Part shown: one piece after another, positions 50,660 to 59,880 of the stretch
Position numbering within the stretch: position 1 is the stretch's first letter
Layout of the letters: each line of letters starts with the position of its first letter
DNA from: Parcubacteria group bacterium Gr01-1014_13
GTDB taxonomy: Bacteria; Patescibacteriota; Patescibacteriia; Magasanikbacterales; GWA2-37-8
NCBI GenBank assembly: GCA_007376295.1
Contig: VMGB01000002.1
Location: 66,844-130,843 of the forward strand
Direction: 5' to 3'
Length of the DNA stretch: 64,000 bases
Position numbers and translations under genes: made by a program
Notes under the pieces: model-generated
What the model was told of the DNA's origin: nothing
Seen by the model: only the letters and a program-made list of their open reading frames with translations
Database searches by the model: none

Positions 50660-50704
50660 CGAAAAAATTAAACCCCGCAGTGTGAGTGCGAGGTGGCGTT
50701 GGGC

Positions 50705-51079
50705 TTAGTCTTTAGGTTGATCTGGTTTTTGATCTTGGATCAACATTACGTCACGACCATCCGGGTCGGTGATGTATACATGAACAAAATTTTTAGCTTC
50801 CTTTACTTCTGTCTTTGGCTCAATACCAAAATCCCTGGCCATTGCCAGTGCTTTGGGGATTGAATCCACATAAAGCATAATGGCATCTTTGGCATATTGG
50901 CTCGATAAGTTATAGAGCTCAACCACCAGTTCAGTTTCTTTGTCAGCGAGCGGCTCTAGTTGAAAGTGCAGAGGTCCGCCATGTTCATGTTTGACTGCGT
51001 TCAGGCCTAATTTTGTATAGAAATCCGCGGTAATTTTTTTGTCCGCGCAACGAAGGACAAATCCGGCGATTTTTGCCAT
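50705..51079 (-). CDS. VOC-family (glyoxalase/bleomycin-resistance-like) protein
   Basis: 124 aa with a beta-alpha-beta-beta-beta pattern and His/Glu ligand positions typical of glyoxalase-like folds. Confidence 0.55.
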   Translation of the reverse strand: MAKIAGFVLRCADKKITADFYTKLGLNAVKHEHGGPLHFQLEPLADKETELVVELYNLSSQYAKDAIMLYVDSIPKALAMARDFGIEPKTEVKEAKNFVHVYITDPDGRDVMLIQDQKPDQPKD

Positions 51080-51081
51080 CG

Positions 51082-51456
51082 CTACACCACCTTTTGTTTG
51101 CAGTGTGAGCAGATTCTTTTATTTACCGAACAGTTGTAGCAAAGTTTACAAGGCGCTTTGTGCGTTTGGCAACCCTCGCAAACATGCCAGTTATCAGAGT
51201 GTTCTTCTTTGCGGCAACAATCTGCTGTATGGCCATTTTTGTCCATGATATGTTTTTCCAGAGAAGGACCGTCTGGATCCATATCTACCGCTATATCTAT
51301 TTTGCAATTAGGACAGTGGAATATGACAACTCTAAATTCATGTTCTGGGAATTTATCATATAAGTCGGGGTGTTCCCATTGTTCATCGTCTTTTAGAGGT
51401 GGTACAAATGGGCTGTCTTTTGTGCAAATTTTCTTGATTGATTGTTTGTTACCCAT
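51082..51456 (-). CDS. Cys-rich small protein (12 Cys in CxxC-type pairs), unknown function
   Basis: CPNC, CC, CEGC, CKLC, CSHC pairs suggest multiple Zn-ribbon/knuckle sites. N-terminus reads MGNKQS. Confidence 0.45.
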   Translation of the reverse strand: MGNKQSIKKICTKDSPFVPPLKDDEQWEHPDLYDKFPEHEFRVVIFHCPNCKIDIAVDMDPDGPSLEKHIMDKNGHTADCCRKEEHSDNWHVCEGCQTHKAPCKLCYNCSVNKRICSHCKQKVV

Positions 51457-51558
51457 TGTTTTCCTCCTACAGGAAATGGCTAAAAAATAATACCACTAAA
51501 GGGGTATTATTACAAAAATTTTTGGTTCCCGGGTCTGGATTCATAAGGGGGCTCAAAC

Positions 51559-52599
51559 TTAACTGCCGGTGAATTTTAAACCGCTGATTGAAACGTCGTC
51601 ACATCCGCAGGTTGAATCTACACAGGTTGCGATTAAACTTTCAACCTCTGCGGACACAAAGGTCTGCGCTGTTGCCATAGAACCGGGCCCCTTTGCCTTT
51701 ACCTTGACGGCGGATACGGAATCGATGATAATTTTGAAAAAATCTTGATTGCAAGTAAACCCTTTTCTTTTTGGTTCGGTGTCAAAACTCGCGTGTTCTG
51801 CCTCCACGATTTTGATACTGGGAAGCGATATATCGGGAATTTTTAAATTCGGATCTAATTGTTTAACTTTATTGATGATACCGCCCATCTGCTGGAGCCA
51901 GCTTAAAATCTCTTCATCTTTTACGCCAGCCCCTACGCTAGTCCCTACTTCATATTCATAGCCGCAATCTTTGGGGAGAAATTCATGTCTCAAGCCGGCG
52001 GATGCGACCGCTTCTGGATTTCGTCCAAACGGCAGTTTTTTTGAGAGCGGGAAAAACCACCGCGAGTTTCGGAGTCGCGTTTTTGCCTCGCCCCAGGCGC
52101 GCAAAACTACCCAGCCATTAACATGCGGCCTGCATTCACAACCGGACGGACGGTGGAATTTTCCATCAATAATTAAAGTCCCATCAACTTTGGATTTCGC
52201 CTCAACCGTTCCGGAAAGTTTTCGCGACCATACTCTTGCTTTTCCTCTAACGGTATTAATCCCCGGGCCGTAAGATTCAAGTTGGGCTTCGGCATACCCC
52301 GCGTTCCAGTTGTTTACTTTTCCATCCGTATTGGGATCCGTGCGAGGCGGGGAAAATTGCACTGTAACCTCCCAACCGCAACGACCTTCGTGCGGAAGCT
52401 TTCGGTAAGCAATGAGTTCCGGTCGATCTTCCGATGTGATTCTTTTAAAATCTCGTCCCAATACATAGCGAAGAAACGGGGAACGCGTCCGCACTCTTCT
52501 TCTAACAACAGCGGCGATGATAATAAATACTACAATGGCCACAACTATCACCACCACACTATTTGTGGCATATGTTGGCGTCGAAACGAAATCCTCCAT
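51559..52599 (-). CDS. Hypothetical membrane-anchored protein (346 aa)
   Basis: N-terminal TM helix followed by an RRRVR stop-transfer sequence, then a large Cys-containing extracytoplasmic domain; elevated G+C. Confidence 0.45.
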   Translation of the reverse strand: MEDFVSTPTYATNSVVVIVVAIVVFIIIAAVVRRRVRTRSPFLRYVLGRDFKRITSEDRPELIAYRKLPHEGRCGWEVTVQFSPPRTDPNTDGKVNNWNAGYAEAQLESYGPGINTVRGKARVWSRKLSGTVEAKSKVDGTLIIDGKFHRPSGCECRPHVNGWVVLRAWGEAKTRLRNSRWFFPLSKKLPFGRNPEAVASAGLRHEFLPKDCGYEYEVGTSVGAGVKDEEILSWLQQMGGIINKVKQLDPNLKIPDISLPSIKIVEAEHASFDTEPKRKGFTCNQDFFKIIIDSVSAVKVKAKGPGSMATAQTFVSAEVESLIATCVDSTCGCDDVSISGLKFTGS

Positions 52600-52687
52600 A
52601 CTATTTAATAGTAGGTTAATTAGCTATTTTATTATATCACAACTGGTAACAAACAAAAAACGTCGTTTTTGGCGACGTTATTCGAAC

Positions 52688-52762
52688 TGGCTCCCAGGCC
52701 TGGACTCGAACCAGGGAAATCCACGTTAACAGCGTGGCGTTGTACCGCTCAACTACCTGGGA
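52688..52762 (-). tRNA. tRNA-Asn (anticodon GTT), CCA encoded
   Basis: Reverse complement TCCCAGGTAGTTGAGCGGTACAAC G CCACG CTGTTAA CGTGG ATTTC CCTGG TTCGAGT CCAGG CCTGGGA G CCA. Confidence 0.85.
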
Positions 52763-52897
52763 ATAATATTTGTTCAAGTAAATTTAAGAATATAATAATT
52801 TTTGACCAATGTCAATCAAATATTAAGAGCTTGAAACATATCCGGCTTCATGCTACGCTTTTTCTGGCTCTAAACCCTACCAAAGGAGGGTAAAGAA

Positions 52898-53197
52898 TTG
52901 GCGAAAAGGCCTGAAAAAGCGCTGGACGAGTCCATGCAACAAGTAATGGCTGAAGTCGAGCGGAAGGTCAACGACAAGTTGATGGATCCGCACCAAAGGG
53001 GTGATGAAGAGGAAAAGCCGGTCCCTTTTGAATGCCCGATGCCATGGTGCGGCAATAGTGAGTATATCAAACTCACCCAATCCAACGGCGTTCGTGGTCC
53101 CAATGGCGGCAGCACTATCATTGGTTATGAGTGTTGTGGGTGTTCTGTAAGATTTGGCGATCCTGCCAAATTTTCCAATATAAAAGGCGGGGGCTAA
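52898..53197 (+). CDS. Cys-rich small protein (99 aa), TTG start
   Basis: Strong RBS AAGGAGGG 7 nt before the TTG. Motifs CPMPWCGN...YECCGCS. Confidence 0.45.
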   Translation: MAKRPEKALDESMQQVMAEVERKVNDKLMDPHQRGDEEEKPVPFECPMPWCGNSEYIKLTQSNGVRGPNGGSTIIGYECCGCSVRFGDPAKFSNIKGGG

Positions 53198-53346
53198 TGG
53201 ATGACATTCTCCTGTGTATCTTTGTTGCTATAGTACTAGTCGCAGCAACGAGGCATGTGTTCTATATCATTTATAGCCAACGCCGTGAACGTGACTTTGT
53301 CAGAGACATAACGATGGCCAGTAAAAAGAAAGACAAAGCTCTTTAA
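53197..53346 (+). CDS. Small membrane protein (49 aa), translationally coupled to the preceding gene
   Basis: TAATG stop/start overlap: MDDILLCIFVAIVLVAATRHVFYIIYSQRRERDF... Confidence 0.35.
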   Translation: MDDILLCIFVAIVLVAATRHVFYIIYSQRRERDFVRDITMASKKKDKAL

Positions 53347-53443
53347 TTGTCGGGCGAGGTGTACATATATAATATGGCCTCGCTTTTTTAAATAAATAAG
53401 CAACCCATTGTAGGGGTTGCTTTGAAAAAAGATCGGAGTGCTT

Positions 53444-53779
53444 TTACCAAAACCAGTGCCAAAATTGCCACCAGGGATAAGTTTGTTTTTTCTTACCCCA
53501 TTCTTCGGGGATGCCTTTTATGACAACCCCACTGCCTTTTTCGGAAGCATCATGGAATTCTTGGGATGTGGCCCTTTTTTTCGGTATATCTTTTTTATCG
53601 GCACACTCCCGGCAGTGACCATAAAACAATTCATAGTCGGCCTTGGCGCAATACCGGCATTTTAATCTGGGCGGGGCTCCGAATAGCCCTCCCATGTCAG
53701 CGAGATAAATAGGGTGTTTTTCCCATTCAGCCTTGAGCGGCTCTTTCGGATCTTCTCGAAATGGACCGTCTTTTCCCAT
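53444..53779 (-). CDS. Cys/Trp-rich small protein (111 aa), unknown function
   Basis: CRYC...C..C cluster and C-terminal WWQFWHWFW. Confidence 0.4.
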   Translation of the reverse strand: MGKDGPFREDPKEPLKAEWEKHPIYLADMGGLFGAPPRLKCRYCAKADYELFYGHCRECADKKDIPKKRATSQEFHDASEKGSGVVIKGIPEEWGKKKQTYPWWQFWHWFW

Positions 53780-53863
53780 AAGACCACCTCCTCAAGATTT
53801 GGATTTTATTGTAAAAATAGAAAAAAGTCAAGCATAAACAGCTGTTGCCAACGAAATTAACGC

Positions 53864-55141
53864 ATGGTAGAATTAAACAAGTTTAAATTTTCTATGAAAT
53901 ACTCTCAACTTTTCGGAAAAACCAGTAAAAGTATCCAGGCCGATGCTGACAGTGCCAATGCTAAACTGCTCACGCAGGGCGGATTTGTGGCTAAACAGAT
54001 GGCCGGTGTATATAATTATCTGCCTTTAGGATTGCGCGTTCTCACCAAAATTCAAAATATTGTTCGTGAAGAAATGAATGCGGTAGGCGGCAATGAAATT
54101 TTAATGCCAGCCATGACCCAAGAAGCCAGTTATGTACAAACTGGCCGAGACAATATGGATGTTTTGTTTCATTTACAAGGCAGAGACGAAAGTGAATTGG
54201 TTTTGAACCCTACCCACGAAGAAGTGGTGACGCCTTTGGCGCAAAAATATATTTTTTCTTATCGCGATTTGCCAATGGCTGTATATCAAATCCAAAATAA
54301 ATTCCGCAACGAACCGCGCGCTAAATCCGGACTTTTGCGTGGCAGGGAATTTAATATGAAAGATATGTATTCTTTTCATGTTTCCCAAGAAGATCTGGAT
54401 GCTTTCTATAACGAAAAAATGATTCCTGCTTACGAAAAAATTTATCAAAGATTGGGTATTGGCAATGAAACTATTTTGACTTCCGCTTCTGGTGGAGCGT
54501 TCTCACGATATTCGCATGAATTTCAGACGCTTTGCGATATTGGCGAGGATACAGTGTACTTGTGTGAAAAATGCGGACAAGCCATAAACAAAGAAATAAT
54601 GGAAGAAGTGACTGGATGCCTTAATGACAAATGTCTGAACCCAAAAGATAATTTAGTAGAAAGAAAAGCTATTGAAGTCGGAAACATTTTTAAATTAGCC
54701 GCCCGTTTTAGCGAAGCCTTTGATTTTAAATATGCTGATTCCGAGGGTAAAGAACAATTAGTGCAGATGGGTTGCTATGGTATTGGGCCATCTCGTCTTA
54801 TGGGCGCGCTGGTAGAAGTTTTTCATGATGACAAAGGTATTATCTGGCCAAAGTCTGTGGCGCCATATGCAGTGCATTTAGTATCACTTGGAGCAGACGA
54901 CAATGTAAATGAAGAAGCGGCGAAATTGTACGAAAAATTGACTGGTAAAGGTATTGAAGTTTTGTGGGATGACCGTGACGCTAGCGCCGGAGCAAAATTG
55001 GCCGATGCGGATTTAATCGGTATTCCTACCAGACTCGTGCTTTCCAAAAAGACATTAGCCGAAGACTCGGTGGAAGTAAAAGAAAGAAATGAAAAAGATG
55101 CGGAGATGGTGAAGTTGTCTGATATTCTAAAAAAGATTTAA
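53864..55141 (+). CDS. proS: Prolyl-tRNA synthetase (short form without editing insertion)
   Basis: Class II motifs and ProRS-specific blocks (LRVLTKIQNIVREEMN; PTHEEVVT; QIQNKFRNEPR; REFNMKDMYSFH); C-terminal anticodon-binding domain. Confidence 0.88.
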   Translation: MVELNKFKFSMKYSQLFGKTSKSIQADADSANAKLLTQGGFVAKQMAGVYNYLPLGLRVLTKIQNIVREEMNAVGGNEILMPAMTQEASYVQTGRDNMDVLFHLQGRDESELVLNPTHEEVVTPLAQKYIFSYRDLPMAVYQIQNKFRNEPRAKSGLLRGREFNMKDMYSFHVSQEDLDAFYNEKMIPAYEKIYQRLGIGNETILTSASGGAFSRYSHEFQTLCDIGEDTVYLCEKCGQAINKEIMEEVTGCLNDKCLNPKDNLVERKAIEVGNIFKLAARFSEAFDFKYADSEGKEQLVQMGCYGIGPSRLMGALVEVFHDDKGIIWPKSVAPYAVHLVSLGADDNVNEEAAKLYEKLTGKGIEVLWDDRDASAGAKLADADLIGIPTRLVLSKKTLAEDSVEVKERNEKDAEMVKLSDILKKI

Positions 55142-55154
55142 ATTAAAATTAAAA

Positions 55155-55182
55155 AAGCCCCGTGACGGGGCTTTTTTGTTTT
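55155..55182. terminator. Bidirectional rho-independent terminator after proS
   Basis: AGCCCCG-TGA-CGGGGCT followed by TTTTTGTTTT. Confidence 0.65.
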
Positions 55183-55188
55183 AAATTT

Positions 55189-55584
55189 TTACAAATTTTC
55201 TTCCTTGCTGCGTAGTATTCTCCAGTGAATCAGGAATAGGGGGATACCAACCACTATCATAGAAATATCTCGGACAACATCTCGTTGTTTCTGGGCTAGA
55301 CGGCTAGCTTCCTGTTGTTTGATATTTTCTTCGTTTGATTTTTCACATTCTGCTTTGGTTGGGGCTGGTACTGCTTTTGGATCTGTTGTTGGTGGTACTT
55401 CGCAGACAGCTCTGGGATAGGCATACATATCTTTGTCTGCGGCGGTAAACACCCAAGTTCTTAGAGCGATGTTTATCAGGTCAGCAGCTGAAAATACCAC
55501 CATCATTAAAGCCACAAAAGATACGAGGTAGAAATACAGGCTTTTTATAACCCTACCTTTATGTGTCGGAGTATGATTTTCCAT
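55189..55584 (-). CDS. Hypothetical membrane protein
   Basis: 131 aa, two TM helices with a Cys-containing loop. Confidence 0.4.
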   Translation of the reverse strand: MENHTPTHKGRVIKSLYFYLVSFVALMMVVFSAADLINIALRTWVFTAADKDMYAYPRAVCEVPPTTDPKAVPAPTKAECEKSNEENIKQQEASRLAQKQRDVVRDISMIVVGIPLFLIHWRILRSKEENL

Positions 55585-55597
55585 AGTTTTTAAATTA

Positions 55598-56572
55598 TTA
55601 AATTAAACCCATTTTTGTTTTGACATCTACCATTTTTTTCTCGGCAATCGCGCGCGCTTTTTTGTTCCCTTCTTCCAATATAGATTTTACTTCATTGTCA
55701 TCGAGTGCATTAAATTTAGCTTGGAAATCAGAGAGGAATTCTGTGACCGTGGCGGTAAGTCCTTTTTTAAAATCCGCGTATCCTTTGCCTGTATATTCTT
55801 TTTCAATTTCTTTTATAGTTTTACCAGAAAGTAATGAATAGATAGTAAGTAAATTGGTGAGAGCTGGTTTATCCTTGCCAGATTCTATGGTACTGCCGGA
55901 ATCGGTAACTGCTTTAGAGATTTTTTTGGCTGCAACTTCTGGGCTGTCGAGCAGAGCGATGTAGTTATTAGCGCTGGTAGCACTTTTACTCATTTTTTTG
56001 CTTGGGTCGTCTAGGCCCATAATGCGCGCGCCTTCTTTTTTAATTAAAGGTTCTGGCACTAAAAAAGTTTTGCTATAAGCAGAGTTAAAACGCTCGGCCA
56101 AATCTCTCGTTAATTCCACATGTTGTTTTTGGTCTTCGCCCACAGGCACAATTTCGGGGTCGTATAATAGGATGTCGGCGGACATCAGTACTGGATAATC
56201 AAACAGACCCATGTTGATATTTTCCTTATGCTGGCTGGCTTTATCTTTAAATTGGGTCATTCGTTCTAGCTCTCCCAACTTTGCAATCGTATTTAAAACC
56301 CAAGCCAATTCAGCATGCTGTGGCACCTGTGATTGTACAAAAATTGTCGATTTATTTGGATCTATACCCAAAGCCAAATATGTTTTGGCTACATTTAAAA
56401 CATTTTGTCGTAAAACTTTTGGATCTTGTTTAATCGTAATTGCGTGCAAATCGACAATGCAATAAAAAGAATCATATTGATCTTGTAATTCAACCCAGTT
56501 TTTTATCGCGCCTAAGTAGTTGCCAAGGTGTAAATTGTTTGTCGGCTGAACGCCGGAGACAGCACGCTTCAT
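55598..56572 (-). CDS. trpS: Tryptophanyl-tRNA synthetase
   Basis: Class I HIGH-like GNYLGA and KMSKS; 324 aa. Confidence 0.92.
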   Translation of the reverse strand: MKRAVSGVQPTNNLHLGNYLGAIKNWVELQDQYDSFYCIVDLHAITIKQDPKVLRQNVLNVAKTYLALGIDPNKSTIFVQSQVPQHAELAWVLNTIAKLGELERMTQFKDKASQHKENINMGLFDYPVLMSADILLYDPEIVPVGEDQKQHVELTRDLAERFNSAYSKTFLVPEPLIKKEGARIMGLDDPSKKMSKSATSANNYIALLDSPEVAAKKISKAVTDSGSTIESGKDKPALTNLLTIYSLLSGKTIKEIEKEYTGKGYADFKKGLTATVTEFLSDFQAKFNALDDNEVKSILEEGNKKARAIAEKKMVDVKTKMGLI

Positions 56573-56685
56573 AACATATTTAAATAGTAATGCTGATAGT
56601 TTACAGAATTTATCCTAGGTTGTAAACCCTGTATTAAAAAAATTTACCCTCCGATGTTATGTAATCGGAGGGCGAGGCGGTTGGA

Positions 56686-56862
56686 TTAGAAAATAGGGTA
56701 AGAGCGGAAGCTGCCAGGAAAATACGGTTTGTATTCCCGATATTCTTGGGGCATAACATGATACGGATAGTACATTTGCGGACAGCGCGGGTAACCGGCG
56801 TTTTCCGCCACCCAACTTAATGCCAAATACCAAATTTTGTCCCACCAACTATATTCTGTCAT
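56686..56862 (-). CDS. Candidate small aromatic-rich protein (58 aa)
   Basis: AAAGGAG RBS 7 nt before the ATG. MTEYSWWDKIWYLALSWVAENAGYPRCPQMYYPYHVMPQEYREYKPYFPGSFRSYPIF. Different frame from the track's 56657-56848 ORF. Confidence 0.35.
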   Translation of the reverse strand: MTEYSWWDKIWYLALSWVAENAGYPRCPQMYYPYHVMPQEYREYKPYFPGSFRSYPIF

Positions 56863-57095
56863 CAGCAGACTCCTTTAGGTTTTTGCTAGAGGGATAGTAG
56901 CTTTGATGAAGCAAAAAGTCAATGTCAAAAAGTTATTAACAGGCTGGGGAAAACTATTGTTTTTAGTTGTTGGAAACTATGTTACGCTTAAAACAGAATT
57001 TGTGCTTTGGTAACAAGGCATAGAATGCTCTCTGACAATTTAATACGGTACTAACAACAACAAAACAACAACTACAACAAAGGTAGGGTGGAATC

Positions 57096-59846
57096 ATGTC
57101 GAACAAGAAGTTGACTCCTGAAGAGGAGTTGCGTGATCTCTGTGATATTTCTGTCGTGGATGCCGTTGCTTATATCGGCGAATTGTCCCCGGGTACGGAA
57201 TATTTCGAACCCGATGTGGCAGATACGCTAATCAAGTTTCTTCAGCAGACGCCGGATCTTACCGGTGTGCTCCTGGACGGCCTGACCAGTGTGCATCGCC
57301 CGGGTATCCTTTCTGATGAGGTTGTGTTTTACAACCGTACGGAAAAAGAACTGTTGGCCCACCTGAAAAAGGTTGAGCGGCACGAGCATGTTCACTGGAT
57401 GTTCAACGAATTGATGAAGATGGAAGATGAGTGGTTGGGCAAGCTCCGTGCGGCGCTTCCTGAAACCAGAATTCCTGAATCAAACTTTGTTTATTCCATT
57501 GACGGCGCTGATTTTCATGGCATGTCCGAACGCATGCTGCGGGTCATTGTCCAGTCCGGCAAAGTCAAGGTGGCGCAGTCCAAGAAAGCCTTGGAAAAGA
57601 GCAGTAGAGATTTGCAACGCAAGCTTGATGGTGTGGGTACTCTCAAAGAGAGCGATCTGCAAGCCAGACTCGGTGAATTGGAAGAGAAGCGTCGCAAGCA
57701 GGTAAAGGATCGCGCGCAAAAGCGTGTGGCCGAAACCGACAAGCAGATTGCAGAAGTCAAAAACGATATCGCTAACCTGAAAAGGTATAGGGAGCTCGAG
57801 GCTTTGCGCAAAGCTTGGAAGGATAAAGATAAAACGGATGATATCGAAAAAAGTGACGAAGAATGGTTCGAGGTAAAGAGCGCTGTTGATATTAAACAGC
57901 AGGGTCTGGTAAAGACCCTGGTTACTTTGACTGCTGAGCGGGCTGCTTTAAATAAAGTTGCCCGCAAGAAAACGGCGCGAGAGACTCTCGATGCCAAGAT
58001 TAAGAAGCTCAAAGAAGAGATCGCCGTTATCGAGGAACAAGTTAAAAACATCGCTGATGATATTGCGGGTCTTGAAGACGAATTCAAGGATTTGCGCGAA
58101 CCAGAAACCAGCGGTGTGTATCATCGTCGTGTCGATGATCACGTGAACCAGTTGTATAAGCGGTTTCAAGAGCTTGGCGAAAAGCACGGTATTCGTATTG
58201 TGACCAAGCGCGGTGTGCTGGCCTTTGGCACACTTGGGATTGATTATGCTTATAACCGCGGACGCACTTTTTTGCCCATGCGGCGTGTGCGTCGGTTGGC
58301 AGAAGAGCATCACGGAATCATGACTGATTACCGTGAAAATATCGCGACTGTTTTGGAAGAATTGAAAGCTTCAGTCAACGATATTGATGTGGTATTGGAA
58401 GGCGGTACTCATGGAGAGTTCTTTGCCCGGTGGCAGAGGCTCCACATTACTACCGAAGAAATTCGCATGCAGCATGTGAACACTTTTTATACTGGCAACA
58501 GTGATGGAGTGAAGCACGTGCTTTTCCTTGCGGGTATGCCTTTTGAACCACAGCATAAAATTGCTAAATACTTGAAGACGGAGAAACCGAGTCGAACGCG
58601 CGGTGGTAAGCCTATTAACAGCGCTTCCCACCATTCATTTATTCGGAACTCCAGAAGATCTGTGTCTGGTACACAGATTATGCGCAAACATCGACATGAG
58701 CTTATGTCTGTCGAAGCGATCATGTATCGGCTTTTCGAAAATAAACAGGTGCTGGAGACGTTCAAGGCAGTAATGAGCCAGGACGATTCAGACAACCACT
58801 TGAACTCGCCGGAAATGGATCCGATGGGTACGATTGGTACTTTTGCTTTGGTAAAACAGCTCATGAAGAATCCTTTGGAGCTGTACGGGCAGAAGGTGCA
58901 TGTTGGCGGCACCCTGAACTTGGGTGATTTGGCCGAAGCTAATTCTAAGGCTTGGAAAGAGGCAACAAAGTTTCGTCGTCAGTGGATGGAGCAGGCCAAG
59001 GAAATTTCCGACCGCCTCGTAGCCACAGACACGACGGACTACAATGCTGTATTGAAAACTTCTCTTTTCTTCCTTAATGATTTGATGGGAGGAGCAAACG
59101 AGAATCTGTGGCTTACCATGGAAGCCGTTAAGCTGTTCCTCAAAGAGAAATTTTTGACGATTCTTAATGAAAGCCCTGCTCGGCTTTTGGACATTTTGGC
59201 TGTGTTGCAAGGCAATCACTTTGCCAACGCGGTGCGAGACGTCACTATTACCGAGTATGGACAATTTGAGGTTTATCTCAAGACGTTAAAAGACGCGCAT
59301 AAAGATTTCCCGACGGAATGGCGTAAACCATTTCCTCTGGAGATCCAGCTTGGCGGTGAACCGCGGTATTTCCAGTCAGATGCAATAAAGCCAGAAATGG
59401 TGGTGCACTTGGGTGGTTATAGCGTTGGCCGTCAAGGAGTTATTGAAAATTATGGCGTGGGGCATAATGGTAAGCTCTTGGTGCAGAAAACGTACCGAGT
59501 CGGTCTAACTCACGAGCCCAACGCTATCCTAAATAAGGCGCGTAATCAAAACGCTGACGTCATTAAGTCTGGGCATACGCATGAGTCGTTTCTGATGATC
59601 GATCAGAGCGGCTATAACATGGGTCGGTTTATTGATCAAAAGCCGTGCACGCAGAGAGTTTCGGCAACGGAACTTTCGTATGGCGGTCTGCCGCGTACGG
59701 CCGGTGTAGACCTTTGTGTCTATTCTCAGCCGGGACGGTATTTCAAGATGACCATTCCCATGGAACACATGCGTAAAATTGGCTTGGCCCAGATGAAAGT
59801 TGAAGCCAAGGAAGCTGTCGAAAAGAAGCTTCCTAAGAAGAAGTAA
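57096..59846 (+). CDS. Large hypothetical protein (916 aa) with a central coiled-coil; compositionally foreign
   Basis: G+C and codon usage (frequent CTG, CGT, GCG, GGC) are clearly above the rest of the window. CAA-repeat leader. Coiled-coil about aa 150-330. No confidently recognised catalytic domain. Confidence 0.7.
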   Translation: MSNKKLTPEEELRDLCDISVVDAVAYIGELSPGTEYFEPDVADTLIKFLQQTPDLTGVLLDGLTSVHRPGILSDEVVFYNRTEKELLAHLKKVERHEHVHWMFNELMKMEDEWLGKLRAALPETRIPESNFVYSIDGADFHGMSERMLRVIVQSGKVKVAQSKKALEKSSRDLQRKLDGVGTLKESDLQARLGELEEKRRKQVKDRAQKRVAETDKQIAEVKNDIANLKRYRELEALRKAWKDKDKTDDIEKSDEEWFEVKSAVDIKQQGLVKTLVTLTAERAALNKVARKKTARETLDAKIKKLKEEIAVIEEQVKNIADDIAGLEDEFKDLREPETSGVYHRRVDDHVNQLYKRFQELGEKHGIRIVTKRGVLAFGTLGIDYAYNRGRTFLPMRRVRRLAEEHHGIMTDYRENIATVLEELKASVNDIDVVLEGGTHGEFFARWQRLHITTEEIRMQHVNTFYTGNSDGVKHVLFLAGMPFEPQHKIAKYLKTEKPSRTRGGKPINSASHHSFIRNSRRSVSGTQIMRKHRHELMSVEAIMYRLFENKQVLETFKAVMSQDDSDNHLNSPEMDPMGTIGTFALVKQLMKNPLELYGQKVHVGGTLNLGDLAEANSKAWKEATKFRRQWMEQAKEISDRLVATDTTDYNAVLKTSLFFLNDLMGGANENLWLTMEAVKLFLKEKFLTILNESPARLLDILAVLQGNHFANAVRDVTITEYGQFEVYLKTLKDAHKDFPTEWRKPFPLEIQLGGEPRYFQSDAIKPEMVVHLGGYSVGRQGVIENYGVGHNGKLLVQKTYRVGLTHEPNAILNKARNQNADVIKSGHTHESFLMIDQSGYNMGRFIDQKPCTQRVSATELSYGGLPRTAGVDLCVYSQPGRYFKMTIPMEHMRKIGLAQMKVEAKEAVEKKLPKKK

Positions 59847-59880
59847 AGTAATGCTTGTCCTTTAGTTTTATAAATTACCG

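Noticed and set aside
52517-52893. Plus-strand ORFs 52517-52729 and 52669-52893
   Set aside because: They overlap the tRNA-Asn gene and its flanks and have no RBS. Spurious relative to the clear tRNA cloverleaf on the minus strand.
56657-56848. Track ORF (63 aa, minus strand) downstream of trpS
   Set aside because: A different frame across the same locus (56686-56862) has a strong AAAGGAG RBS and an ATG start. The track ORF lacks an RBS and is probably the artefactual frame.
57480-59264. Several minus-strand ORFs (57515-58087, 57948-58313, 58487-58912, 58788-59264) inside the 916-aa gene
   Set aside because: All lie antisense within a long, well-supported sense ORF. They are Ser/Arg-rich, as expected for off-frame translation of GC-rich DNA.
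58640-59700. Confident call of a calcineurin-like metallophosphatase domain in the 916-aa protein
   Set aside because: Only loose ordered motifs (GDL..., GNHF, GHTHE) with atypical spacing and no clear motif I. Kept as a hypothesis in the findings, not as an annotation.
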